Source: a virus
Taxonomy: Duplodnaviria; Caudoviricetes
IMG/VR virus record: IMGVR_UViG_3300010048_000010
Coordinates: 1 to 63,610 of that record
DNA length: 63,610 bases
Direction: 5' to 3' (one strand)
How positions within the stretch are numbered: the first letter of the stretch is position 1; the number at the start of each line of letters is the position of its first letter. Under the pieces are notes generated by a model, which saw only the letters and a program-made list of their open reading frames with translations, made no database searches and was not told the DNA's origin. The position numbers and the translations under genes are program-made. This document shows, one piece after another, positions 9,151 through 19,839 of the stretch.

Positions 9151-9936
9151 CTATGACTTGATACCGATGATGCAATCCGCATACTTGCACTGCGGTGTTG
9201 TAAGCGTATGGACGTGACCTGCATTCCCACCATTCGCTTGAATGTTTGCGTAACCTGTCCCAATGCTGATACCAGTCCCGCTTGCAGCAATCGAAATGTT
9301 GCACGCATCATTGCTGGTCCGTGCGCTTTGCATACCAGTCAAGCATTGCGTGCTGCTACCGCTTTGCGGCGCTTGACTGACATACGTGTTATAGGCGTGG
9401 CTGTGACCGCCATCGTTCACTCCGTGCGCGTGACCACCATCGCCAATTCCGTGTCCGTGACCCGCGTCGCTGTGCGCGTGAGACGGCATTTCAGCAACTG
9501 TCAATACGTGAGCAGCCACATTGAACTGCCCACCGAAATTCCATCCACTCCAACCCAACGAACCACCATTGCCAACAGCTTGATTGAAACGCATGGAGCA
9601 ATCACTAAACGCTGCATTGCTATCCACAGTCCAACCAGTTGGTGCCGCGGCCTGTTGAAACACTGCGCGAGTGCCGCTCGGCGCTCCAAGCACCGTGTTC
9701 AATTGCTGCAAGTTAACTGCATCGGTCAATGCGGTGCCAGCCGCCAGATTATTTAGCTGCTGATTGTTATTATTCTGAGCCTTGTTAGGCAAACCGCCAT
9801 TATCGTACAGTTGCCGCAAAAACGAAAATGCAGCCTGTAGATAATCGTTCGAGTATGGACCAACAATCTCTGCACCCTGCGGTGAATTATTAGCCGCAGT
9901 TTGTGATAGATCAGCCCATGACTGGGGTACGGGCAT
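9151..9936 (-). CDS. tail fibre with HxH metal-binding repeats, paralogue A
   Basis: LTVAEMPSHAHSDAGHGHG...; co-linear with 8321..9142, both end KYADCIIGIKS. Confidence 0.75.
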   Translation of the reverse strand: MPVPQSWADLSQTAANNSPQGAEIVGPYSNDYLQAAFSFLRQLYDNGGLPNKAQNNNNQQLNNLAAGTALTDAVNLQQLNTVLGAPSGTRAVFQQAAAPTGWTVDSNAAFSDCSMRFNQAVGNGGSLGWSGWNFGGQFNVAAHVLTVAEMPSHAHSDAGHGHGIGDGGHAHGVNDGGHSHAYNTYVSQAPQSGSSTQCLTGMQSARTSNDACNISIAASGTGISIGTGYANIQANGGNAGHVHTLTTPQCKYADCIIGIKS

Positions 9937-12900
9937 TTAGCGCGCTCCTTGTGCACCAACTGTAGCACTTGCTAAACTACTCAACAAGCCGGGATTATTC
10001 CAACCTGTAGCCGCTCTGCTAGCCACAGTTGGCTTTTGACCGACTCGTTCCAACGCATCCGCCAGTTTGTTTGCATTGCCATGACTCAACAAATCAGCCA
10101 TTGCATTCTCAAGCCGCCCTTGTCCACGCGCCAGAATCTTACCGCCGATCATTCCAGCAACAGCGTGCGGAATAGTATGCGGATGCATAATCATAGACAT
10201 AATACCCGCTGACTCTGCACCGTGACTTATGCCTTGGCCAATTGCGCCACCATACTGTGGCACGCTGCCAGTCGCACCCTTACCGCTTACACCACCGCTG
10301 CGCAGGTCATCTAAAAGACTGCGTGCAGCATCACCCACTTGACCAGGATGGTTTACCAGATCACCGAGCGCTTGTTGCACATTGCGCGCATTCAGCGATT
10401 GGCCGTTAGCAACCATGTTACTAATCTTGTCCTTCGCTGCACCTAATGCATCTTGTTGCGCTTGACGTGCGGAGAGGTACGGTGCTGCATTCGCGGCTGC
10501 GTTATCCCGTGCCATGTATGACGGAGATTGCGCACGTAGATAATTCTTGAACGACCGCAACGCATCCGCAGCGCCAACTTTACCTTTCTCTGCGTTCTGT
10601 TCAAGAGCGGATAGCAGACGAGTCTGACCTTCAGCACTGAGATTCGAAACGTCAAGGTTAGCAGTTTTAGCTTTCGACGCAATATTAGACAAAGCATCAA
10701 TATCAGCTTGAGTAACATTGTCGGCCTTCGTCAAGTACTGCTGCGCCCATTGCTGTTTTACGTAATCAACAGCACCGGTTAGCTTACCGGGGCGCACTTG
10801 ACCCGTTGTCGGATCAATCGCTGTGGCTAGCTTCTGTTGCAACACTTGCATCCGATCAATCGGACCAGACGCCGCAGCCCACGCCTTGTTAGCTTCGTTG
10901 AACTCACCGCTATTCGACTCGAGTGCGTTCTTGAGAATGTTCTTAATACGCATGGCTTGCGCCATGTCACTCGCCGCTGCCGGGTTGCGTGCTAGATTCG
11001 AAATGGTATTGTTCAGATCGGAATACGCAGCTTGCAACGCTTGAATACTAACTTCGTTCTTCGGTTGCCACAGTTGACCGGGAATCGGTTGTGCTGGGCG
11101 AATAGCTTGTGGCCGTACTCCGTTATTGAAGTTAGCAAGGTCATCTAATCCGTTTTCCCATGCCTGATGGAACATCGGACGATTGAACAGCTGCTTCAAA
11201 TACGAGTCAGTAGTCGGAATATACCCAGTGATATTGCCATACTTCTGTGCAGCTTCGGACGAACGCGCAGCCTTCATCGCGTCCAGTTGTTGAGGCGTGC
11301 CGATAACATCGTTGATTTGGTTAGTCAAATCACCATGCGCAGCCTCACCCGCTTCTCTAAACGGGTTAGCTGCTTCACCGAGTTCCTGATCGGCTACCGT
11401 ACTTGCGTCCTTGATGCCTTGAGTGAAACCGGGGCGACCGGCAATATTATTTGCCGCAAAGTCTGCGTCCAGGGGCTTCAGTTCATTCGGCACCTGAGCA
11501 TCAAGTGCAGTTTGCGACTTGGCCAAATCTGCCGTTTCTTGTGGCAGTCCGGTATCAGTAACATTGTCTAGATGTGTCGCGCGTGCTGCGTCATTGGCCG
11601 CTTCTGTACTACCATCAAACGCAGCCTTACCCGCATCAGTCTTACTCACCGCATCGGTCATAGCTTGTAGTGTAGGCGAATTCGCCGCTTCTGCTGCAGT
11701 ACGTTCGACACCAGCTACAGGAGAATTAGCACCAGCACGGAGCGCAGCCACAGTATCTGGCACTGTCTGGCCGTCTGCCGCAAGTCCCCCGGCAATATGC
11801 GCCGCAGCCTGATCTACCGGGTCGCCAATTGCCCCCGCGCCCTTGCTTAACAAGCCCTTCACGGCCCCGCCAGCCGCGCCTATGCCCTTACCCACGATTG
11901 GCCCCGCGCCGCCCGTCACGCCCCCTAAAAGCAGCCCCTTACCGATATCCTCACCTTGTGAAGCCGCTTCGGTCGCACCCATTGCGCCACCCAGTGCAGC
12001 TTGAGCGGGGATCGTTTCAGGTGCAAGGATATACGGGACTACATCAGCAGCGATGCTACCAGCCTTACCCCATCCAGTATTAGCACCAGATTGCTGGCCT
12101 TGTTGCTGAACTTGTTTAAGCTGCTGATTGGCCGCGTCAATGTCCGGCTGACCTTCACCGGGGTTCAACGACTCCGCAGCCATACCAGTTAGTTTCTGTG
12201 CACCATAAACCTTATTCAGCACACTCTGTCTGGCACCAGCGAGGAACGCAGTACCAGGGTTAACATCGGACTGCGCACCCGGAGCATTGGCCGGTTGCTG
12301 TCCTTGCGGACCTAGACCGAGATTAGAATTGAAGTCAGCCATAGACGTATAGCTTGTCTTGATCGGCGCAGCAGAACCCGACGATCCGGTAGCCACAGGA
12401 GGTGGAGGTACACCTTTAGCGGATGGCGGACCGATTTGCGTAGCTACAGGTTGCGCCGGTGCTGACTGTGCGGGGTTGTCTTGGGGCGCGTTGGTATTGC
12501 CACCGAAATCTGTGACATGCTGATCGAAATCGTTCAAATACTTGAGCGTTTCGAGCGGCAACTGGTTGATATTGCCACCATTCGCAGCCCACTTTTGGGC
12601 GTTACCCGGACCCCAGTTATACGCAATCGCGGCGAGGTTTGGATCACCAAAGTGCTGATTCAACGCATTGTAGTAGTCACGACCTGCACGCGCCTTATCA
12701 GCCACAGTACCATCCCACGGCTTAACTCCATAGCCGGGGTCTTTCAGCGTCGCGTCCATTGTTTGCATGGAACCACTCGCGCCACTGCTCGGATTGGTGA
12801 TATTGGATGTATCGCCCTTACCATGAGACTCAATAGCGTTGATAGCGGCAGTATAAATATTGCCGTTTCCGGTACCAATCTGATTGTTCAATGAGTTCAA

Positions 12901-12945
12901 CTGCGTCATTGACAGATTGGCTAGATCGGGTACTGCGCTATCCAT
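9937..12945 (-). CDS. large internal virion/ejection protein with N-terminal lytic transglycosylase (SLT)
   Basis: AIESHG...ASGSMQTM...AAIAYNWGPGN SLT motifs; 1002 aa, Ala/Gly-rich. Confidence 0.8.
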   Translation of the reverse strand: MDSAVPDLANLSMTQLNSLNNQIGTGNGNIYTAAINAIESHGKGDTSNITNPSSGASGSMQTMDATLKDPGYGVKPWDGTVADKARAGRDYYNALNQHFGDPNLAAIAYNWGPGNAQKWAANGGNINQLPLETLKYLNDFDQHVTDFGGNTNAPQDNPAQSAPAQPVATQIGPPSAKGVPPPPVATGSSGSAAPIKTSYTSMADFNSNLGLGPQGQQPANAPGAQSDVNPGTAFLAGARQSVLNKVYGAQKLTGMAAESLNPGEGQPDIDAANQQLKQVQQQGQQSGANTGWGKAGSIAADVVPYILAPETIPAQAALGGAMGATEAASQGEDIGKGLLLGGVTGGAGPIVGKGIGAAGGAVKGLLSKGAGAIGDPVDQAAAHIAGGLAADGQTVPDTVAALRAGANSPVAGVERTAAEAANSPTLQAMTDAVSKTDAGKAAFDGSTEAANDAARATHLDNVTDTGLPQETADLAKSQTALDAQVPNELKPLDADFAANNIAGRPGFTQGIKDASTVADQELGEAANPFREAGEAAHGDLTNQINDVIGTPQQLDAMKAARSSEAAQKYGNITGYIPTTDSYLKQLFNRPMFHQAWENGLDDLANFNNGVRPQAIRPAQPIPGQLWQPKNEVSIQALQAAYSDLNNTISNLARNPAAASDMAQAMRIKNILKNALESNSGEFNEANKAWAAASGPIDRMQVLQQKLATAIDPTTGQVRPGKLTGAVDYVKQQWAQQYLTKADNVTQADIDALSNIASKAKTANLDVSNLSAEGQTRLLSALEQNAEKGKVGAADALRSFKNYLRAQSPSYMARDNAAANAAPYLSARQAQQDALGAAKDKISNMVANGQSLNARNVQQALGDLVNHPGQVGDAARSLLDDLRSGGVSGKGATGSVPQYGGAIGQGISHGAESAGIMSMIMHPHTIPHAVAGMIGGKILARGQGRLENAMADLLSHGNANKLADALERVGQKPTVASRAATGWNNPGLLSSLASATVGAQGAR

Positions 12946-14719
12946 TTGGGTGAGCCTTCTTGTAGTCGATAGCAGCCTGAATGTCTGCTCGACTATACGC
13001 TTTACCGTTAACCATCACTGTACCTTGCGGTGCGTTCGCTTGCAATTGCCGAGGCGCAGGAGCTTGTGGTGTCGCTGGTGCAGGTGCGGGAGCCGGTGCA
13101 GGAGCAGGAGCAGGAGCAGTCCCCGTACTACCGCCGCCTGAACTGATCGGGTTCACCCGCCCAGCGACAATATCATTCAGTGAAGAACCTTTAGAATACA
13201 TCTGTCCGCCAACCATCGTATCTTCGTTCAACGGACCATACTGGCCGCGATTGTGCTGCAAGTAATCAGATGTTGCAGACGCACGCGCCGCTTGAATCTC
13301 TTGCAAGTGACCAACTGCTTGCAAATATGTGGTAAGCGCTTCGTTAGACGGATTGGTCGGAAGACCTTGCATGATGGTTCCATACTCAGTATTCGTGATC
13401 CGTCCACCAATCCCTGCTTTGGCTGCACTAGCCGCGTTGGCTCGCGCATCGCGCATGATTTGCGCCGCAAGGATTTGACCTTGGTTTTGATCCCCTGTCA
13501 GTTTCGTCCAGAAGTTGTAACCTTCCGCGGTCAAGCCACCAGGCAATTTGACCTGATTCGGATTCGGTACGAGATTGCCGTTCGCATCCTTAATGGTAGG
13601 CGACAACATCTGAATGTAACCTTGCGTCCGATTCAACGCATCGGTAGCTGCGCCCTGTGCAACAGACGCTTCTTTCATGTCCTTCTGCTGTGCTTCTGGA
13701 ATCGAAGCATCAGCAGTATAACCAGAACCAAGCACGCGCCCATCATAACCAACAGGCGTCTTGGTAACTGTGCCATCCGCGTTCTTAGTTTCAAGCCAAT
13801 TCGATACAGGCATGCCACCGCCAGTAGTTTGTACGCCACCGGCGATAGTGTAAAATGGTTTTCCGGGTTCGAGTTGATGCGGTTCGAGCCGTTGATTTTG
13901 CAGCGTTTGTTGCTTCTCCCACAAGTTCTGAGCCAGTTCTTGCTGCTTGAGTTTCGCTTGAATCTGGTTCTGAACAATCGTTTGATACGTGTTCATACCC
14001 TGCTCACCACCTTCACCCACAATTTGAGCAAGGTTCTTTCCACCACTGTTCGCAGCCAGCATACCGAGACCAGCAGAAATCAAACCTTGACTGGCGGCTG
14101 GACTCAGATGAGTCAACTTGTCACCAACTTCACTCAAGCCATCAGACAGTTTAGACAAGAAACTTTTCGACTCCTCGGGGCTGCTAGCTGCTTGCTGCGC
14201 ACCACCCATCAAGTTGCCGAGAATACTCATTCCGCTACTTTGTCCCTGATCTGCCGTACCACCTTGATCTGCGGTTACATCTGCCGGTCCAGTAGCCACA
14301 GGAAGACTAACAGGCAAATTCCCGACGCCACCACCACCAGCATCGCTAGGACTACCGGGTGGAGCAAGAACTGGCGGTTGATTGCCCTGAGCATCTGTGG
14401 TAGGTTGATACGCACTTGGATCATTGAAACCTTGTGGACCTGGGCCGTTCGGACCACTCGGCATAGCCGCTTGACTAGCCGTGGGAGGCGCAACACCTAC
14501 CATGCGGGTAGGATTGGCCACATCAAGAGTAGAACCACCAGCAAGATTCCGAAGAATGCTAGTAGGCAAATTGAGCACATCACTTGCGCTAGGCAAATTG
14601 CTAGCCCAGTTCTTAACGCCCTGAACGATACCTTGGTCAGCCTGTGATGCCGCCTGGTTATAGGCCGCATCATTCGGATCACCTTGGTTCGCAGCGACAA
14701 GGTCGGACCACCAACTCAT
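12938..14719 (-). CDS. internal virion/DNA ejection protein
   Basis: 593 aa, Gln/Gly/Ala-rich, (AP)n linker; podovirus ejection-gene position. Confidence 0.6.
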   Translation of the reverse strand: MSWWSDLVAANQGDPNDAAYNQAASQADQGIVQGVKNWASNLPSASDVLNLPTSILRNLAGGSTLDVANPTRMVGVAPPTASQAAMPSGPNGPGPQGFNDPSAYQPTTDAQGNQPPVLAPPGSPSDAGGGGVGNLPVSLPVATGPADVTADQGGTADQGQSSGMSILGNLMGGAQQAASSPEESKSFLSKLSDGLSEVGDKLTHLSPAASQGLISAGLGMLAANSGGKNLAQIVGEGGEQGMNTYQTIVQNQIQAKLKQQELAQNLWEKQQTLQNQRLEPHQLEPGKPFYTIAGGVQTTGGGMPVSNWLETKNADGTVTKTPVGYDGRVLGSGYTADASIPEAQQKDMKEASVAQGAATDALNRTQGYIQMLSPTIKDANGNLVPNPNQVKLPGGLTAEGYNFWTKLTGDQNQGQILAAQIMRDARANAASAAKAGIGGRITNTEYGTIMQGLPTNPSNEALTTYLQAVGHLQEIQAARASATSDYLQHNRGQYGPLNEDTMVGGQMYSKGSSLNDIVAGRVNPISSGGGSTGTAPAPAPAPAPAPAPATPQAPAPRQLQANAPQGTVMVNGKAYSRADIQAAIDYKKAHPNG

Positions 14720-14728
14720 GATAGGCTC

Positions 14729-15304
14729 TCAGAACAATGTGGATAGCAAACCACCCAAGCCGCCAATACCGGCACCAATCGCTGTGCCAATACCCGGCAC
14801 AATTGACCCGATAGCCGCCCCAGTGCCCGCGCCTTTGAGCGCAGCGCCCGCCATATTTCCCGCCGAGTTTCCGCTATGCTGCGGACTAACAGTACCTTGA
14901 ATCGCACTGCCAGCCAAATTACCCAAAATACCTAAACCACCGCCTACACCCGCTGAGCTAAGACCAGACATAATGCCTGATCCCATGCCTGCACCAGTTG
15001 CCGCTACATCACCCACGCCAGCCACAGCTGGAGTCATGCCAGCCGTAGCGGAACTGATATCCGCAGCGCCGGTTCCCGCGCCTAGTCCAGACAGCGCAGC
15101 CGGAGCAGTTGGGCTTGCAGCTAGTCCAGACGACAGCGCGGCACCGGTGTTCGGCCCCATGCCGTTACCCATTGCAGATGCAAGCGCGTTGAATCCACCA
15201 GCAATCGGCTGACGAAACTTCATGAACGCACTGTTCATCGCTTCAGATGGCGTCTGATTCGTGTTTCCGCCACCGCCTTGACCACCACCGCCGAAAGCGC
15301 CCAT
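14729..15304 (-). CDS. Gly-rich hydrophobic internal virion protein
   Basis: C-terminal GAAIGSIVPGIGTAIGAGIGGLGG glycine zipper. Confidence 0.6.
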   Translation of the reverse strand: MGAFGGGGQGGGGNTNQTPSEAMNSAFMKFRQPIAGGFNALASAMGNGMGPNTGAALSSGLAASPTAPAALSGLGAGTGAADISSATAGMTPAVAGVGDVAATGAGMGSGIMSGLSSAGVGGGLGILGNLAGSAIQGTVSPQHSGNSAGNMAGAALKGAGTGAAIGSIVPGIGTAIGAGIGGLGGLLSTLF

Positions 15305-15305
15305 T

Positions 15306-15887
15306 TTATCGCATCCCGTATCCAGAGCCGGTATTTTGACCGACTGTGTTGCCGGGCTGGTAGCGCTGCATCATCTGCAACAAACTGTTGCCAGCCGCCG
15401 ATCCGCTAGCCATCGGTAATGCTACTACCGGTGCGCTAAAATCTTTCGCTTGCATCGTTACGCGCCCAGTGCCACCAGCGGGCGGTTTCGTGTTACTGGT
15501 CAAACCTTGCTTGAGTTTATCACCGGCTGCGATAGCGCCCTGCATCGAACCAGCATTACCTCCACCGACGCCACTCGGCATCGCGAAATTGTAGTTGCCC
15601 GAACCTGAGACGGCATTGCTGAAGTCGGGCATTGTCATACCAGATTGAACTCCAGTAAGACCGGCCATATCTCCCACAGATGTGTCATTATTTACTGCGC
15701 TAGTCACATCTGATGGCAGTTGAAACTGATAGCTGTCACCACCCTGCGTGCCACTGGTTCCAGCTAAAAGTGCGTTGCCCAAACCGCTCTGATCGCCAGT
15801 CTGTGAACCTTGCCATTTCGACAATGCGTCCGCCATACTCGACGAAGTTTGACCATTACCATTCAAAAATGAACTCATGGCTTTCAC
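15306..15887 (-). CDS. Gly/Ser-rich putative internal virion protein
   Basis: 193 aa coupled ORF in the ejection module. Confidence 0.5.
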   Translation of the reverse strand: MKAMSSFLNGNGQTSSSMADALSKWQGSQTGDQSGLGNALLAGTSGTQGGDSYQFQLPSDVTSAVNNDTSVGDMAGLTGVQSGMTMPDFSNAVSGSGNYNFAMPSGVGGGNAGSMQGAIAAGDKLKQGLTSNTKPPAGGTGRVTMQAKDFSAPVVALPMASGSAAGNSLLQMMQRYQPGNTVGQNTGSGYGMR

Positions 15888-16888
15888 CCGTTCTGATAGG
15901 CGTTATACGCACCAAGCGCTGTCGTACCTAGCCCCAACATGTTGCCGAGCGTGCTTGAAGTACCCGGCATTTGCTGCGACACTGACGTACCAGCGCCGGA
16001 ACCGAGTGCACCAGAAAGCGCGCTGGACAATGTGGATAGTCCAGCGTATGGCGCATTGACCTGATTGTACCACTGCTGATACAAAGCGTTGAGTTGATCT
16101 TGAGCGTTCTGCTGAGCCGTGCCGCCAGCAGTCATTTGAGCACCACCAGCACTAGTCGCTCCCTGCTGTGCCTGATTGGCCCCTTGCAGTGAAGATAGAA
16201 TGCTGTTGATATTGTTGAAGTAGTTCTGCGAACCTAGCTGTTGCGTTGCCAGACCCATTTGCGAACCAAGCTGCTGATTGGTCAATGCAACCGCGTTTTG
16301 CTGCTGAGCAACTTGTTGAGCAGTCTGCGCGGCAGTATTGTACCCCGCGTTGTACATGTTCGCAGTATTAGCTGATAAGGAGTCAGCGAGTGACTTCTCT
16401 TGGGCTGCGGTGGCTTGATCCTGTGCGCTTCCCCCGAATGCGCCAGCATTGCGGAACTGCGCAAGTGTGGTCGGCGCAGTAACATTACTGTAGGCGTCGG
16501 TGATCTGCTTGTTGGCCCCGGCGACAGATGCAGCCAGATACGGGTTGTTGGCCGGGTCGGTAAACGGATTTGCAACAGTGGACGCAGTAACATCGCCAGT
16601 ATACGGGTTCGTGGTTTGCGGACCCGACCCTCCGACTAGAGACTGGTAGTAATTCGCGGCAGTATTCGCCATACTCCCCGCATTACTAGCCGCATTGTTT
16701 ATATTGCTAATACCGGCCTGTTGCGTAGGGTCCAGCCCTGCGACCATCTGTCCATTATAGGACGGCATGGTCTGATTTGATAAGTCTGCGCCGCGTGTCA
16801 ATAGCTGCTGCGCATATGGCTGTGCCCACGAAGGGAGTTCGGTAGTGGTGGTCGTTGATTGACCGCCACCGCTTCCTGAACTGCTCAT
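15884..16888 (-). CDS. DNA transfer/pilot-like ejection protein
   Basis: SGGGQSTTTTTELPSWAQPY start; NPYL, AGAFGGS motifs; Gln-rich. Confidence 0.65.
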   Translation of the reverse strand: MSSSGSGGGQSTTTTTELPSWAQPYAQQLLTRGADLSNQTMPSYNGQMVAGLDPTQQAGISNINNAASNAGSMANTAANYYQSLVGGSGPQTTNPYTGDVTASTVANPFTDPANNPYLAASVAGANKQITDAYSNVTAPTTLAQFRNAGAFGGSAQDQATAAQEKSLADSLSANTANMYNAGYNTAAQTAQQVAQQQNAVALTNQQLGSQMGLATQQLGSQNYFNNINSILSSLQGANQAQQGATSAGGAQMTAGGTAQQNAQDQLNALYQQWYNQVNAPYAGLSTLSSALSGALGSGAGTSVSQQMPGTSSTLGNMLGLGTTALGAYNAYQNG

Positions 16889-16900
16889 GTTCGAACTCCC

Positions 16901-16934
16901 AAATAAAAAAGGCGACGAACTCGCGTTCGCCGCC
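16901..16934 (-). terminator. intrinsic terminator (minus strand)
   Basis: GC hairpin GGCGACGAAC-TCGC-GTTCGCCGCC preceded on + by an A-tract (U-tract on minus). Confidence 0.6.
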
Positions 16935-16985
16935 CAACCTGGGTAGACTCGCCAAAAAACTCTGTCTTCGATTATAGGCGATTAA

Positions 16986-17429
16986 TCAGCTAGCATCAAC
17001 TGGCATTTCAAACACCATCATACGGGGTTTGAAACCCAATTCCTCGGCCACCTTGACCCATCCGCGACGCGATGTGCCGAAAGTAATATGCCGCGCGCCT
17101 ACATTCTTACCAAGTTCTTGCAACTCCGGTTTGAACAGATGCATGCAGTCCATACCGGGCTTATTATGCAGTTGCCATAAGTGTAAATCGGGCAAAATCA
17201 AACGAACTACAGCATGCCCAACTGGTTCGCCATCCAGTTTCAGAATGAATAGCGTTGCTTGATTAGTAAAACACATCGCATAAACTTCTTCAGGAATGAC
17301 ATGGTCAGGAGAATCCATGCTAGCCACATCTTCACGGATCGACGGCCATACATCCTTCAGTTTTGCGGGTTGTATCGCCTCGATAGTTTTCACCGGTTCG
17401 CGGCGCTTGTTTTGGTCATCTTCAGCCAT
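16986..17429 (-). CDS. GNAT-fold-like virion assembly protein (147 aa)
   Basis: Start reassigned to ATG 17429; LHLWQL...GARHITFGTSRRGW.K pattern; sits between nozzle and ejection genes as in podoviruses. Confidence 0.55.
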   Translation of the reverse strand: MAEDDQNKRREPVKTIEAIQPAKLKDVWPSIREDVASMDSPDHVIPEEVYAMCFTNQATLFILKLDGEPVGHAVVRLILPDLHLWQLHNKPGMDCMHLFKPELQELGKNVGARHITFGTSRRGWVKVAEELGFKPRMMVFEMPVDAS

Positions 17430-17431
17430 TT

Positions 17432-17758
17432 TCAAGTTCCTGTTAATACGCGACAAGGCACCCATGTTCCCGGCTTTCCTGCTACGGTGCACAACCACCC
17501 GAGAATAATGTACTGTGCCCCTGCCGTCCCCGTTACAGCGGGCGAACTGTTTCGTATAAAGTCGCCTTTCGCGTAAACAGTCGTGGAGTTGGCTGGAGGC
17601 GGACCGGTACTGGCAGAAGTCTGTGCAGAAATCGACCCGTCTCCGAGACCGTTGACCTGCACTTGAACCATTTTCAAATACTTGTTCATTGCTGACACGA
17701 TGGCAGCAAATGGTCCCATAACGCCGGTTGTTGGCAACTCGGGTGAAGGAAGTCTCAT
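17432..17758 (-). CDS. tail structural protein
   Basis: KGDFIRNSSP...ILGWLCTVAGKPGTW motif. Confidence 0.55.
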   Translation of the reverse strand: MRLPSPELPTTGVMGPFAAIVSAMNKYLKMVQVQVNGLGDGSISAQTSASTGPPPANSTTVYAKGDFIRNSSPAVTGTAGAQYIILGWLCTVAGKPGTWVPCRVLTGT

Positions 17759-19224
17759 ATCGCACCTGACGATTCCATACGCGGCATCGCACCGAGGATT
17801 TCATGGTCGCCCGTCATGTTCAAGGTGATAGAAGTCCAACGTGAGGAAAAATCGCACGCAATTTCGCCATCATACCACTGTGGCAATTGAACATAGGACA
17901 CGGGTAAACCCAACGTCTTGCACAGCATCGCTTGGCCCCCACAACTCAATGGGGCTTGATTGAAGCGTGGCAAGATGCCTTGAATATAGGTGAAATCCGA
18001 ATCATCGCCAAACCAACCTGTGGTTAGTGAACTCTGTTGAGACGCTCCTGCTAGAGAAAGAAATTTGTTTGTAGTATCAAAAACAGCCGGAACGACCGCT
18101 GATTGAGACCAATAAGGCGAGTTGTATGCCACTTGCGGCAGTGTATCCCAAGTGCTGACATTAGGCAACGAACCCATCTGATCCCACGTAATTTGTCCTG
18201 TAACAGACTGTGCAGCGCATTCAATCGACATATCCGCGCGACCGAATTTGCCTGTCACATAGTTGTAAACAAGACACATATCTGGAATACCGGTCGTATT
18301 CTGCATGGAGCAGAAGTACCAGTAGATCAGAAAGTGCATCGTGTCCTTGAAGGACTGCACTTGCGCCTGATACAACGGAGACCAATTCGAACGCAGCCAG
18401 CTATTGACTTCATTGCCAATCGGTACTGGTCGAGTTCCATCAAACGAGTACACTTGTGCATCGCTGCCCAAAAATACGAGGCTTGTACCAACGTTTACTA
18501 CACATTCCTGACAGGGCGTGCCGATTTGTGGCGAAATCAGGTTCATCGCCCAGATGACAGGCGGTCCCTGATACGATCCATAAAACATCGAAGCCTTTTT
18601 GAACACGACAATGTTGGTTCCCAACTGCCGTCCGGCCGTAATCGGCCCCGGTGTATCGACAATGACGCCGCGGGCACACTGAGTAGCCTGAGCCGGTGTC
18701 CAGTTCGTCTGATCGTAAAGACCAGAACACCACCAGCCATTCGGATTATTACCATAAGTCGAATCAACTGTATCGAATAGGAAAACGAAGCCAGCAACCA
18801 CTTCAATAATCGACCCAACGGGAGAGTTAGCCACAGGTGCGAAATCACCTGCACTGATCGACTGTTGAAGTGGATCGGCACCATTGACTGCTAGCGAAGC
18901 ATTGCCAAATTGTGCGAAACGCCACGGGTTTTGACCACCTTTGTAGCCTCCAACAGTGGCTGAAACATTAATGTTTGAGTCGTTTTCAATTTCCCATAGG
19001 TCTGTAGCATCGCCTGCGAATGTTCGATAACTTCCGCTTAGAAGTTCGCAAATAGCCGCGCCAGTGACAGGCTTCGGCATGACCGGATTGCCATACGCTA
19101 CAGGCGATGCAGCGCCTTTCATACCGCGCATTGTTGGTACCAAATTGACACAATTAAGAACAGCACCCGGCGTGGTGGGGTCGATGCTAGGCGTAAAGCC
19201 CATAAACGGAATGGTATTGGACAT
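17755..19224 (-). CDS. tail nozzle / DNA stabilization protein (P22 gp10/T7 gp12-like)
   Basis: 489 aa beta-rich, WRFAQFGN motif; follows the adaptor gene. Confidence 0.7.
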   Translation of the reverse strand: MSNTIPFMGFTPSIDPTTPGAVLNCVNLVPTMRGMKGAASPVAYGNPVMPKPVTGAAICELLSGSYRTFAGDATDLWEIENDSNINVSATVGGYKGGQNPWRFAQFGNASLAVNGADPLQQSISAGDFAPVANSPVGSIIEVVAGFVFLFDTVDSTYGNNPNGWWCSGLYDQTNWTPAQATQCARGVIVDTPGPITAGRQLGTNIVVFKKASMFYGSYQGPPVIWAMNLISPQIGTPCQECVVNVGTSLVFLGSDAQVYSFDGTRPVPIGNEVNSWLRSNWSPLYQAQVQSFKDTMHFLIYWYFCSMQNTTGIPDMCLVYNYVTGKFGRADMSIECAAQSVTGQITWDQMGSLPNVSTWDTLPQVAYNSPYWSQSAVVPAVFDTTNKFLSLAGASQQSSLTTGWFGDDSDFTYIQGILPRFNQAPLSCGGQAMLCKTLGLPVSYVQLPQWYDGEIACDFSSRWTSITLNMTGDHEILGAMPRMESSGAI

Positions 19225-19839
19225 TTAGCCCGCTCGAATGGTCAGTGGACCTTCCTGGTATTGTGACTTTTCGCTGTCGCTGATCTTACTGGCAATAGCG
19301 ATATCGCGCAGCGTTTGCCATTGAGTTGCGCGCACATCATCGCGCATATACACGCCAGCATTGTACAGCGCGCCGTACAAGTACGTCGATGGACTATCTT
19401 CCAACAGCCAGTTCGATACGTTGATATCGCTTAAAGGTTCAAGAACAACGTAATAATCGATTTGGCAAATGAGACCAAGCTGCGGCTCATTAATGACGAT
19501 ATTGTTACCGATAATTTGTGCCGTGTTATACTGGTAATAAGGCGAGCCATTAGCGTATGCACCGTTGAAGTCAGCAGGAAAATATTCCATTCTGACTCCA
19601 TTATACCATGCATTGATAATTCTTTTCCAGTCGCTTGGTAGCGGTGTCACGTTTTGGTTCGGTTTGAAAATGTAGCTATCGCGACGAGCGCGAGTATACA
19701 CGTTATCGTCAAACCATTCTTCGGCCAGACTGATGAAGGTCGGGATCAAGTTATTCAAATCCTGTCGCTTCATGTACTGCGCCATGAGAGACTGCAGTTG
19801 GCTGTAGTTCTCAATGATGATAGGGGGCGACGCAGCCAT
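19225..19839 (-). CDS. head-tail adaptor protein
   Basis: NYSQL...R.DL...IPTFISLAE...NWLL..SPSTYLYGAL family pattern. Confidence 0.75.
   Translation of the reverse strand: MAASPPIIIENYSQLQSLMAQYMKRQDLNNLIPTFISLAEEWFDDNVYTRARRDSYIFKPNQNVTPLPSDWKRIINAWYNGVRMEYFPADFNGAYANGSPYYQYNTAQIIGNNIVINEPQLGLICQIDYYVVLEPLSDINVSNWLLEDSPSTYLYGALYNAGVYMRDDVRATQWQTLRDIAIASKISDSEKSQYQEGPLTIRAG

Noticed and set aside
2051-9936. Diversity-generating retroelement or invertible shufflon acting on tail genes
   Set aside because: No reverse transcriptase or invertase ORF, and no near-identical TR/VR nucleotide repeats noticed
13253-14647. 464-aa plus-strand ORF
   Set aside because: Antisense shadow of the 593-aa ejection gene; no recognisable motifs
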